DNA of 64,000 nucleotides, from assembly GCA_964057225.1 (NCBI GenBank), contig OZ059894.1, forward strand, positions 8,308,001 through 8,372,000. The letters run 5' to 3'. This DNA comes from Auanema rhodensis. Taxonomy: Eukaryota; Animalia; Nematoda. Positions within the stretch are counted from its first letter, which is position 1. The number at the start of each line of letters is the position of its first letter. The position numbers and the translations under genes are program-made. This document shows, piece after piece, positions 1 through 11,189 of this stretch. The notes beneath the pieces were generated by a model. The model worked only from the letters and a program-made list of their open reading frames with translations, was not told where the DNA came from and made no database searches.

Positions 1-169
1 ACAGTTCCAATTAAGCAAAATTAAAATTTTAATTCATCTACTTACGATCTCATTCATAAATTTTCTAGAAGGATTGGATAAGATAGACCAGAACATCAGA
101 AAATATGGATCATTGACTGATCTAAAACAGAAGTAGAAACTTCACAAGTCTAGATTGTTGATTATATGT

Positions 170-189
170 GCTTCCGTGGCGCAATAGGC

Positions 190-225
<36 letters not shown>

Positions 226-242
226 GAGCCCACCCGGGAGCG
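170..242 (+). tRNA. tRNA-Asn(GTT), representative copy of about 212
   Basis: GCTTCCG/CGGGAGC acceptor stem, GCGC/GCGC D stem, TTCGG/CCGAA anticodon stem with loop CT-GTT-AA, GGTGG/CCACC T stem with TTCGAGC loop, G73 discriminator, no encoded CCA, no intron. Matches my recollection of nematode tRNA-Asn. Confidence 0.97.
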
Positions 243-247
243 AAACA

Positions 248-252
248 TTTTT
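248..252 (+). terminator. Pol III oligo-T terminator (representative; T4-T7 follows each gene)
   Basis: TTTTT 5 nt after the discriminator base; T5 in most units, T4 in e.g. the 15016-type unit, T7 in e.g. the 17142-type unit. Confidence 0.85.
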
Positions 253-448
253 GGTTTCCACAGTTCCAATTAAGCAAAATTAAAATTTTAATTCATCTAC
301 TTACGATCTCCTTCATAAATTTTCTAGAAGGATTGGATAAGATAGACCAGAACATCAGAAAATATGGATCATTGACTGATCTAAAACAGAAGTAGAATCT
401 TCACAAGTCTAGATTGTTGAGTATATGTGCTTCCGTGGCGCAATAGGC

Positions 449-484
<36 letters not shown>

Positions 485-719
485 GAGCCCACCCGGGAGC
501 GAAACATTTTTGATTTCCACAGTTCAAATTAAGCTTCAAATTGAGCAAAATTAAAATTTTAATTCCTCTACTTACGATCTCATTCATAAATTTACTAGAA
601 GGATTGGATAAAATAGACCAGAACATCAGAAAATATGGATCATTGACTGATCTAAAACAGAAGTAGAAACTTCACAAGTCTAGATTGTTGAGTATATGTG
701 CTTCCGTGGCGCAATAGGC

Positions 720-755
<36 letters not shown>

Positions 756-978
756 GAGCCCACCCGGGAGCGAAATATTTTTGGTTTCCACAGTTCCAAT
801 TAAGCGAAATTAAAATTTTAATTCATTTACTTGCGATCTCATTCATAAATTTTCTAGAAGGATTGGATAAGATAGACCAGAACATCAGAAAATATGGATC
901 ATTGACTGATCTAAAACAGAAGTAGAAACTTCACAAGTCTAGATTGTTGAGTATATGTGCTTCCGTGGCGCAATAGGC

Positions 979-1014
<36 letters not shown>

Positions 1015-1237
1015 GAGCCCACCCGGGAGCGAAATATTTTTGGTTTCCACAGTTCCAATAAAGCAAAATTAAAATTTTAATTCATCTACTTACGATCTCA
1101 TTCATAAATTTTCTAGAAGGATTGGATAAGATAGACCAGAACATCAGAAAATATGGATCATTGACTGATCTAAAACAGAAGTAGAAACTTCACAAGTCTA
1201 GATTGTTGAGTATATGTGCTTCCGTGGCGCAATAGGC

Positions 1238-1273
<36 letters not shown>

Positions 1274-1508
1274 GAGCCCACCCGGGAGCGAAACATTTTT
1301 GATTTCCACAGTTCAAATTAAGCTTCAAATTGAGCGAAATTAAAATTTTAATTCATCTACTTACGATCTCTTTCATAAATTTTCTAGAAGGATTGGATAA
1401 GATAGACCAGAACATCAGAAAATATGGATCATTGACTGATCTAAAACAGAAGTAGAAACTTCACAAGTCTAGATTGTTGAGTATATGTGCTTCCGTGGCG
1501 CAATAGGC

Positions 1509-1544
<36 letters not shown>

Positions 1545-1767
1545 GAGCCCACCCGGGAGCGAAATATTTTTGGTTTCCACAGTTCCAATAAAGCAAAATT
1601 AAAATTTTAATTCATCTACTTACGATCTCATTCATAAATTTTCTAGAAGGATTGGATAAGATAGACCAGAACATCAGAAAATATAGATCATTGACTGATC
1701 CAAAACAGAAGTAGAAACTTCACAAGTCTAGATTGTTGAGTATATGTGCTTCCGTGGCGCAATAGGC

Positions 1768-1803
<36 letters not shown>

Positions 1804-2026
1804 GAGCCCACCCGGGAGCGAAATATTTTTGGTTTCCACAGTTCCAATTAAGCAAAATTAAAATTTTAATTCATCTACTTACGATCTCATTCATAAATTT
1901 TCTAGAAGGATTGGATAAGATAGACCAGAACATCAGAAAATATGGATCATTGACTAATCTAAAACAGAAGTAGAAACTTCACAAGTCTAGATTGTTGAGT
2001 ATATGTGCTTCCGTGGCGCAATAGGC

Positions 2027-2062
<36 letters not shown>

Positions 2063-2285
2063 GAGCAAACCCGGGAGCGAAATATTTTTGGTTTCCACAG
2101 TTCCAATTAAGCAAAATTAAAATTTTAATTCATCTACTTACGATCTCATTCATAAATTTTCTAGAAGGATTGGATAAGATAGACCAGAACATCAGAAAAT
2201 ATGGATCATTGACTGATCTAAAACAGAAGTAGAAACTTCACAAGTTTAGATTGTTGAGTATATGTGCTTCCGTGGCGCAATAGGC

Positions 2286-2321
<36 letters not shown>

Positions 2322-2544
2322 GAGCCCACCCGGGAGCGAAATATTTTTGGTTTCCACAGTTCCAATTAAGCAAAATTAAAATTTTAATTCATCTACTTAC
2401 GATCTCATTCATAAATTTTCTAGAAGGATTGGATAAGATAGACCAGAACATCAGAAAATATAGATCATTGACTGATCCAAAACAGAAGTAGAAACTTCAC
2501 AAGTCTAGATTGTTGAGTATATGTGCTTTCGTGGCGCAATAGGC

Positions 2545-2580
<36 letters not shown>

Positions 2581-2815
2581 GAGCCCACCCGGGAGCGAAA
2601 CATTTTTGATTTCCACAGTTCAAATTAAGCTTCAAATTGAGCAAAATTAAAATTTTAATTCATCTACTTACGATCTCATTCATAAATTTTCTAGAAGGAT
2701 TGGATAAGATAGACCAGAACATCAGAAAATATAGATCATTGACTGATCCAAAACAGAAGTAGAAACTTCACAAGTCTAGATTGTTGAGTATATGTGCTTC
2801 CGTGGCGCAATAGGC

Positions 2816-2851
<36 letters not shown>

Positions 2852-2983
2852 GAGCCCACCCGGGAGCGAAATATTTTTGGTTTCCACAGTTCCAATTAAG
2901 CAAAATTAAAATTTTAATTCATCTACTTACGATCTCATTCATAAATTTTCTAGAAGGATTGGATAAGATAGACCAGAACATCA

Positions 2984-3396
2984 CGTTCCATGGTGGTTCC
3001 CCAGGGTTCCGGCTGGGTAACCACATGGAATTACTTTCTTTTCTTCCAAATATAAATGATAAAGAGTATAGAGAGAAAGGTTTATTTATGATAAAGTATA
3101 CAAATTACAATAATAAAAGTTACATAATGATTCCTAGTCGCAGCCCAAAGGATTCGTAAGGAAACCTTATATAGTATTCCTTACGAGCATAAAAAGTGGT
3201 TATATCAGGTCCGCGGAACTTGGTTCCGCTTGAATTGGGCTTTCTTTAATTAAACTTAATATGAAAATGTGTTCGTTCATTGTTGCATTGAATTCCTGTT
3301 TCTCAAATGTAGCGTCAGCTATTTGTTTTTATAATGTTCCGTTTTATAAGCGATTGACGTTGTCAATCGCTCTACTTATAGGACACGTATGGAACA
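2984..3396 (-). repeat. 3' LTR of element A
   Basis: Identical by eye to 6726-7138; + strand ends CGTTCCAT...ATGGAACA (7/8 inverted match); minus-strand AATAAA at 3081-3086. Confidence 0.95.
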
Positions 3397-3599
3397 TGCC
3401 TAATATCGAAAAAGTAGCTGACCTCAGCTACATCGAGAAAGTGAAATTCCATGCAAATGTGAAAGTTGTATGAAATGTTTCAAAAAATAAAAGAATACTG
3501 ATAATACAGAACAATTTTATGAGAAAAAATAAAAGGAAAACAATGTAATTACAAAATAATATATCATATATCATACTGGGAATCTTTCAAAAGTTCTTT

Positions 3600-4202
3600 T
3601 TAGTATTCTTCATAATACTGGTGTATCTCTGGTAATGGTGATGATCCTAGGTCGTGGAGAAGATCCATAGTCTTGTTGCATAAATTCGTTTTTCTTTCCA
3701 TTTCTTCCTTGGTGGTTGCTGGTGATGCCAGAAATATTTGTAGAGCATTTATAATGCTTTTTCTTGCCTCTGTGGATGGCAGTTCGCTGCAATGTTGCAG
3801 GCTCCATTCTTGATAGGCCGAATGGGTCTCAGCAATAATCCAGTTTGGTGTCTGCTGTTCTGGTGAATCGCAACTAGGTGAATAACCTAGTTGGTCCCTT
3901 AGTTCAGCAATGGCATCTCGGATGACTCCTGCTGTGTTGGTCCATGGTCCTATGCAGTGGTCAACCTCCGACAGTTGATCCTTGTCGTATTGGTAACATA
4001 GGATTTTGAGCGTTTCAGTACTGGTGTTCGCTCTTGTTAGTCCTTGAACTAACTCTTTCAGGATCTTCTCTTTCCTGGGGCGGTTGGCGATGGTATTGGC
4101 GCCTAGCTGCTTCAATTCTCTTACTAATAGTTGAATTGAAAGCCATCTCTTTTTGGCCATCATGAGGGGAATTTCGACGGCTTCAGGGAGTTGGGTGGAC
4201 AT
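3600..4202 (-). CDS. Hypothetical 200-aa protein, probably alpha-helical, cargo of element A
   Basis: ATG-initiated uninterrupted ORF, GC-richer than the AT-rich flanks, amphipathic patterning; no CCHC, protease, RT or integrase motif recognised. Confidence 0.65.
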   Translation of the reverse strand: MSTQLPEAVEIPLMMAKKRWLSIQLLVRELKQLGANTIANRPRKEKILKELVQGLTRANTSTETLKILCYQYDKDQLSEVDHCIGPWTNTAGVIRDAIAELRDQLGYSPSCDSPEQQTPNWIIAETHSAYQEWSLQHCSELPSTEARKSIINALQIFLASPATTKEEMERKTNLCNKTMDLLHDLGSSPLPEIHQYYEEY

Positions 4203-4567
4203 TGTTATCTTTGTTACTGTTTTCTGTCCTTTTTATCCTTTTTAAAACTAGGTCGGTCTGTTCCTTCCTTTTTGTCGCCTCCTTTTTGACCAGTTAGGTG
4301 AAAAAAAATGATGAAGATTGTTGATTAAAACTTTGCAGTGATTTTTGAAAGATTCCAAGTATGATGTATAATTTTATTTTGAAATTTTGGTTATTGATAC
4401 AATATTTTTATGAGAGTGAAAAAATAAAAATGTACAATAATTTGTGTAGAATTTCATGTATTACTTAAATGAGAAAAAAAAATTATATATAGGTTCAAGT
4501 TTAGATGAAAATTATGAAAATGGTATTATACTTTTTGTGATTTTTATATAGAAATTATGGATTTTTA

Positions 4568-4846
4568 CTATTGTTCTAGCTTCTTACTTGTAGTCCCAAT
4601 AACTGTTGATGGTCTTTTCTTATGGATGACTGGTACTGTTGGTGCCACGAAGTTTGGGTCCGGGATCTGACTCTTCGAAACTCTCTTCTTCGGCTCTGTT
4701 ACTGGTATGGTGCTGTGATACCTTATCGGCACATGATAAGGCTTTGCTGGCGTTGTAGGAGAATTATCTTCTAATCCCAATGCCAATTTAAGTGCTGAAC
4801 TCCATTTCTTAATTGTGGGTGGCTCCTTCTTCCGTTCCTCATACAA
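4568..4846 (-). CDS. Basic Pro/Lys-rich ORF, probable continuation of the 5304 ORF
   Basis: Composition like the upstream ORF; this frame stays open upstream (LSEKIEENARKELYEERKK) and overlaps the end of 4867-5304 in the -1 frame. Confidence 0.45.
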   Translation of the reverse strand: MYEERKKEPPTIKKWSSALKLALGLEDNSPTTPAKPYHVPIRYHSTIPVTEPKKRVSKSQIPDPNFVAPTVPVIHKKRPSTVIGTTSKKLEQ

Positions 4847-4866
4847 TTCTTTTCTTGCGTTTTCTT

Positions 4867-5304
4867 CTATTTTCTCTGATAGTTTGGTGAATTTCGAGGA
4901 AGAGGAGAAGAAAGAATAGCAGTATTTGGGTATGAAAATGATATTTGAGAATAATCTTTACAAGGGGAAGTATTTGTGCTAACATAGCTAGAGCTTTTGA
5001 TAACGTTAGAATTGCGTTTAGGAGTTTGTTTGTTAATAGACGTTTTAATTTTACTAAGAGTAATAGCGTGGCGAGAAGTTTTGATAGCTGTTGTGCCTAT
5101 TTTTTTCGCGGGGGTACCCGGTATAGCGGGTGGTTTCTTTGCAGCAGTAGGTCGGCGCTTCGTGTCCGGCTCATAAACATTTGGAGGTCCTCTTTTTCTT
5201 TGATTCCGCTCGAGTACTGGCTCGACGTGCGTATCATTACCGGGGGCTGCGCTCTGTGGATTTGATTTATCCTGCGGAGGATTTTTACTCTTCGAGTCCG
5301 TCAT
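4867..5304 (-). CDS. Hypothetical basic, disordered protein (145 aa as read; NLS-like RNQRKR and KRRP)
   Basis: ATG start preceded 13 nt upstream by a TTTCCAG splice-acceptor-like site (5318-5324, minus); K/P/S/T-rich. Confidence 0.55.
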   Translation of the reverse strand: MTDSKSKNPPQDKSNPQSAAPGNDTHVEPVLERNQRKRGPPNVYEPDTKRRPTAAKKPPAIPGTPAKKIGTTAIKTSRHAITLSKIKTSINKQTPKRNSNVIKSSSYVSTNTSPCKDYSQISFSYPNTAILSSPLPRNSPNYQRK

Positions 5305-6027
5305 CTTGTTGGTTTTCCTGGAAAGGAAATTATTATACCAACGATGCGAATCTTATAAAAATATATATACAACGTGAGAGGCAATATGGGGTTGTATGCG
5401 TGACGCTTGCTAGGGGGCCAGCCTGCAGCGAATCTTCTAACGGAGAATTGCTCAATCGGGTACATACACGGGCCTGTGACCGGTGCGCCCTTTCTAGGAT
5501 CAAGTTCCCATCTCTCGAATAGGCGTGAAATATACGACGGTGATCTAAGCAGTATTCCCTTTCAGTCTTTCGACAAGATTAGGTGCTCAGGCCTCGTACA
5601 TTCACTTTCCCAGACTTCTCTTGCCTATGAAAAATCACAGAAATCGCTCCCTTAACGAAATTCTGCTCCCCTGATTTTTCATGGTGAGACCACTCTAACA
5701 CTTTCATTCTCGACTAATTCTGTCGTAATTTTCAAATTTGCAAAAATAGGACCAAAAAGGGATCTTCAAAATCAGGAATGCGTACGTCTTATATCAAAAA
5801 TAGTGGTTGCCTCCGCTCAGTTCTCGAGACAGTCTGGTATTGCTTCTCACGGGCTACTTTTAGGATCAAAATGCAAAATTATAAATCTTAGTTTCGGGAT
5901 TCAGATAAAAAAAACTTCAAAATTATTTGACTGTTTTCTGGGTTATATTAGGAAAAAGAGAAAAAATAATAGTAATAAGAGAGGGAAAAAGATAAAATTT
6001 AAAAGAAGATAAAAAAAAAATAAAATA

Positions 6028-6106
6028 GGAATATAGTAGGAATATAGTAGGAATATAGTACTAGTATAGAATAGTTTTGTACATAAATATATATATATAT
6101 ATATAT
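6028..6106. repeat. Three copies of 11-bp GGAATATAGTA plus a (TA)n microsatellite in the element A leader
   Basis: Directly visible; coordinates approximate. Confidence 0.8.
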
Positions 6107-6706
6107 AAAGGAGTAATACATTTTAAAGGATAGAATAGAAATTAATGAATTTTAATATATATAAAACAATGAATTTTGTGATGATTCATAAAAGAAACTA
6201 ATTCATTTTTGATTCAAAAATTGTTTGAAACTTTATAACAAAAATTTATAAGAGATAGAATAGATTTTGATTAAAAAAAACAGAAAAAGAAAAGATTGAC
6301 AGAAAAAAAAATATCGAAATACCTTTCTTTAAATGAATAAATATAAAAGAATTTCAAATTAATTTATGATAGTTATAAACAAAGTTTTTCCTCAAAAATG
6401 AATGAAAGATCTTAGAATATGGATAAAAATCGAAATGTTTCTTTTAAATGAATGAATATAAAATTTCAAAATTAAGTTGTTTCAAAATATATTTTTTTAA
6501 ATAAATGTATATAAGATTTCAGTATTAATTTATGAATCAAAATCAAAATAAAGTTCTTTGAATGAATGAAATAAAGAAGAGAAAGACTTCAAATTGAATT
6601 CATATAGCATAATCGAAATATAATTCTTTAATTAGATGTATGAAAGACAACAAAATTAAATTTATGTAGCGAAATATGGTTCTTAGAGATTCGTCGGTTA
6701 TAGACG

Positions 6707-6725
6707 AATCTCGGTGGAACCTCCA
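6707..6725 (-). promoter_or_regulatory. Primer-binding site for tRNA-Gln (element A)
   Basis: Minus strand TGGAGGTTCCACCGAGATT directly follows the 5' LTR; + strand AATCTCGGTGGAACCT-CCA equals the recalled metazoan tRNA-Gln 3' end plus CCA. Confidence 0.9.
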
Positions 6726-7138
6726 CGTTCCATGGTGGTTCCCCAGGGTTCCGGCTGGGTAACCACATGGAATTACTTTCTTTTCTTCCAAATATAAATG
6801 ATAAAGAGTATAGAGAGAAAGGTTTATTTATGATAAAGTATACAAATTACAATAATAAAAGTTACATAATGATTCCTAGTCGCAGCCCAAAGGATTCGTA
6901 AGGAAACCTTATATAGTATTCCTTACGAGCATAAAAAGTGGTTATATCAGGTCCGCGGAACTTGGTTCCGCTTGAATTGGGCTTTCTTTAATTAAACTTA
7001 ATATGAAAATGTGTTCGTTCATTGTTGCATTGAATTCCTGTTTCTCAAATGTAGCGTCAGCTATTTGTTTTTATAATGTTCCGTTTTATAAGCGATTGAC
7101 GTTGTCAATCGCTCTACTTATAGGACACGTATGGAACA
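6726..7138 (-). repeat. 5' LTR of element A
   Basis: 413-bp direct repeat of 2984-3396, adjacent to the PBS. Confidence 0.95.
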
Positions 7139-7233
7139 ATCAGAAAATATGGATCATTGACTGACCTAAAACAGAAGTAGAAACTTCACAAGTCTAGATT
7201 GTTGAGTATATGTGCTTCCGTGGCGCAATAGGC

Positions 7234-7269
<36 letters not shown>

Positions 7270-7492
7270 GAGCCCACCCGGGAGCGAAATATTTTTGGTT
7301 TCCACAGTTCCAATAAAGCAAAATTAAAATTTTAATTCATCTACTTACGATCTCATTCATAAATTTTCTAGAAGGATTGGATAAGATAGACCAGAACATC
7401 AGAAAATATAGATCATTGACTGATCCAAAACAGAAGTAGAAACTTCACAAGTCTAGATTGTTGAGTATATGTGCTTCCGTGGCGCAATAGGC

Positions 7493-7528
<36 letters not shown>

Positions 7529-7751
7529 GAGCCCACCCGGGAGCGAAATATTTTTGGTTTCCACAGTTCCAATTAAGCAAAATTAAAATTTTAATTCATC
7601 TACTTACGATCTCATTCATAAATTTTCTAGAAGGATTGGATAAGATAGACCAGAACATCAGAAAATATGGATCATTGACTGATCTAAAACAGAAGTAGAA
7701 ACTTCACAAGTCTAGATTGTTGAGTATATGTGCTTCCGTGGCGCAATAGGC

Positions 7752-7787
<36 letters not shown>

Positions 7788-8010
7788 GAGCCCACCCGGG
7801 AGCGAAATATTTTTGGTTTCCACAGTTCCAATTAAGCAAAATTAAAATTTTAATTCATCTACTTACGATCTCGTTCATAAATTTTCTAGAAGGATTGGAT
7901 AAGAAAGAGCAGAACTTGGGAAAATACGGATCATTGACTGATCTAAAACAGAAGTAGAAACTTCACAAGTTTAGATTGTTGAGTATATGTGCTTCCGTGG
8001 CGCAATAGAC

Positions 8011-8046
<36 letters not shown>

Positions 8047-8269
8047 GAGCCCACCCGGGAGCGAAATATTTTTGGTTTCCACAGTTCCAATTAAGCAAAA
8101 TTAAAATTTTAATTCATCTACTTACGATCTCATTCATAAATTTTCTAGAAGGATTGGATAAGATAGACCAGAACATCAGAAAATATGGATCATTGACTGG
8201 TCTAAAACAGAAGTAGAAACTTCACAAGTCTAGATTGTTGAGTATATGTGCTTCCGTGGCGCAATAGGC

Positions 8270-8305
<36 letters not shown>

Positions 8306-8528
8306 GAGCCCACCCAGGAGCGAAATATTTTTGGTTTCCACAGTTCCAATTAAGCGAAATTAAAATTTTAATTCATCTACTTACGATCTCATTCATAAAT
8401 TTTCTAGAAGGATTGGATAAGATAGACCAGAACATCAGAAAATATAGATCATTGACTGATCCAAAACAGAAGTAGAAACTTCACAAGTCTAGATTGTTGA
8501 GTATATGTGCTTCCGTGGCGCAATAGGC

Positions 8529-8564
<36 letters not shown>

Positions 8565-8799
8565 GAGCCCACCCGGGAGCGAAACATTTTTGATTTCCAC
8601 AGTTCAAATTAAGCTTCAAATTGAGCGAAATTAAAATTTTAATTCATCTACTTACGATCTCATTCATAAATTTTCTAGAAGGATTGGATAAGATAGACCA
8701 GAACATCAGAAAATATGGATCATTGACTGATCTAAAACAGAAGTAGAAACTTCACAAGTCTAGAATGTTGAGTATATGTGCTTCCGTGGCGCAATAGGC

Positions 8800-8835
<36 letters not shown>

Positions 8836-9058
8836 GAGCCCACCCGGGAGCGAAATATTTTTGGTTTCCACAGTTCCAATTAAGCAAAATTAAAATTTTA
8901 ATTCATCTACTTACGATCTCATTCATAAATTTTCTAGAAGGATTGGATAAGATAGACCAGAACATCAGAAAATATAGATCATTGACTGATCCAAAACAGA
9001 AGTAGAAACTTCACAAGTCTAGATTGTTGAGTATATGTGCTTCCGTGGCGCAATAGGC

Positions 9059-9094
<36 letters not shown>

Positions 9095-9329
9095 GAGCCC
9101 ACCCGGGAGCGAAACATTTTTGATTTCCACAGTTCAAATTAAGCTTCAAATTGAGCGAAATTAAAATTTTAATTCATCTACTTACGATCTCATTCATAAA
9201 TTTTCTAGAAGGATTGGATAAGATAGACCAGAACATCAGAAAATATGGATCATTGACTGATCTAAAACAGAAGTAGAAACTTCACAAGTCTAGATTGTTG
9301 AGTATATGTGCTTCCGTGGCGCAATAGGC

Positions 9330-9365
<36 letters not shown>

Positions 9366-9588
9366 GAGCCCACCCGGGAGCGAAATATTTTTGGTTTCCA
9401 CAGTTCCAATAAAGCAAAATTAAAATTTTAATTCATCTACTTACGATCTCATTCATAAATTTTCTAGAAGGATTGGATAAGATAGACCAGAACATCAGAA
9501 AATATAGATCATTGACTGATCCAAAACAGAAGTAGAAACTTCACAAGTCTAGATTGTTGAGTATATGTGCTTCCGTGGCGCAATAGGC

Positions 9589-9624
<36 letters not shown>

Positions 9625-9847
9625 GAGCCCACCCGGGAGCGAAATATTTTTGGTTTCCACAGTTCCAATTAAGCAAAATTAAAATTTTAATTCATCTACT
9701 TACGATCTCATTCATAAATTTTCTAGAAGGATTGGATAAGATAGACCAGAACATCAGAAAATATAGATCATTGACTGATCCAAAACAGAAGTAGAAACTT
9801 CACAAGTCTAGATTGTTGAGTATATGTGCTTCCGTGGCGCAATAGGC

Positions 9848-9883
<36 letters not shown>

Positions 9884-10106
9884 GAGCCCACCCGGGAGCG
9901 AAATATTTTTGGTTTCCACAGTTCCAATTAAGCAAAATTAAAATTTTAATTCATCTACTTACGATCTCATTCATAAATTTTCTAGAAGGATTGGATAAGA
10001 TAGACCAGAACATCAGAAAATATAGATCATTGACTGATCCAAAACAGAAGTAGAAACTTCACAAGTCTAGATTGTTGAGTATATGTGCTTCCGTGGCGCA
10101 ATAGGC

Positions 10107-10139
<33 letters not shown>

Positions 10140-10364
10140 CTCGAGCCCACCCGGGAGCGAAATATTTTTGGTTTCCACAGTTCCAATAAGCGAATTTAAA
10201 ATTTTAATTCATCTACTTACGATCTCATTCATAAATTTTCTAGAAGGATTGGATAAGATAGACCAGAACATCAGAAAATATAGATCATTGACTGATCCAA
10301 AACAGAAGTAGAAACTTCACAAGTCTAGATTGTTGAGTATATGTGCTTCCGTGGCGCAATAGGC

Positions 10365-10400
<36 letters not shown>

Positions 10401-10635
10401 GAGCCCACCCGGGAGCGAAACATTTTTGATTTCCACAGTTCAAATTAAGCTTCAAATTGAGCGAAATTAAAATTTTAATTCATCTACTTACGATCTCATT
10501 CATAAATTTTCTAGAAGGATTGGATAAGATAGACCAGAACATCAGAAAATATGGATCATTGACTGATCTAAAACAGAAGTAGAAACTTCACAAGTCTAGA
10601 ATGTTGAGTATATGTGCTTCCGTGGCGCAATAGGC

Positions 10636-10671
<36 letters not shown>

Positions 10672-10894
10672 GAGCCCACCCGGGAGCGAAATATTTTTGG
10701 TTTCCACAGTTCCAATAAAGCAAAATTAAAATTTTAATTCATCTACTTACGATCTCATTCATAAATTTTCTAGAAGGATTGGATAAGATAGACCAGAACA
10801 TCAGAAAATATAGATCATTGACTGATCCAAAACAGAAGTAGAAACTTCACAAGTCTAGATTGTTGAGTATATGTGCTTCCGTGGCGCAATAGGC

Positions 10895-10930
<36 letters not shown>

Positions 10931-11153
10931 GAGCCCACCCGGGAGCGAAATATTTTTGGTTTCCACAGTTCCAATTAAGCAAAATTAAAATTTTAATTCA
11001 TCTACTTACGATCTCATTCATAAATTTTCTAGAAGGATTGGATAAGATAGACCAGAACATCAGAAAATATAGATCATTGACTGATCCAAAACAGAAGTAG
11101 AAACTTCACAAGTCTAGATTGTTGAGTATATGTGCTTCCGTGGCGCAATAGGC

Positions 11154-11189
<36 letters not shown>

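Larger units (their letters stand above)
1..2983 (+). repeat. Tandem tRNA-Asn(GTT) gene array, + arm, segment 1 (11 full genes; 259/271-bp units)
   Basis: The 73-nt tRNA recurs at 170, 429, 700, 959, 1218, 1489, 1748, 2007, 2266, 2525 and 2796 with a near-identical spacer; the array runs off the left edge. Confidence 0.97.
2984..7138 (-). mobile_element. Non-autonomous LTR retroelement A (4155 bp, LARD/TRIM-like, tRNA-Gln primed)
   Basis: Two 413-bp direct repeats, TSD ATCA (2980-2983 and 7139-7142) splitting the spacer motif gaac-ATCA-gaaa, PBS abutting the right repeat, no RT/IN/protease ORF. Confidence 0.93.

Noticed and set aside
170-428. tRNA-derived SINE
   Set aside because: The tRNA is a perfect cloverleaf with an immediate terminator; there is no poly-A tail or per-unit TSD, and the organisation is strictly tandem.
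2794-3473. ORFs 2794-3159, 3261-3473 and 6600-6791
   Set aside because: Chance read-through across array/LTR or LTR/interior junctions.
4945-6012. Plus-strand ORFs inside element A
   Set aside because: Mostly shadows of the minus-strand ORF or short non-ATG frames with no splice or polyA support.
2984-7138. DNA transposon, DIRS or autonomous retrotransposon interpretation of the inserts
   Set aside because: Long direct repeats plus a PBS indicate the LTR class; no transposase, tyrosine recombinase, RT (YxDD) or integrase ORF is present.
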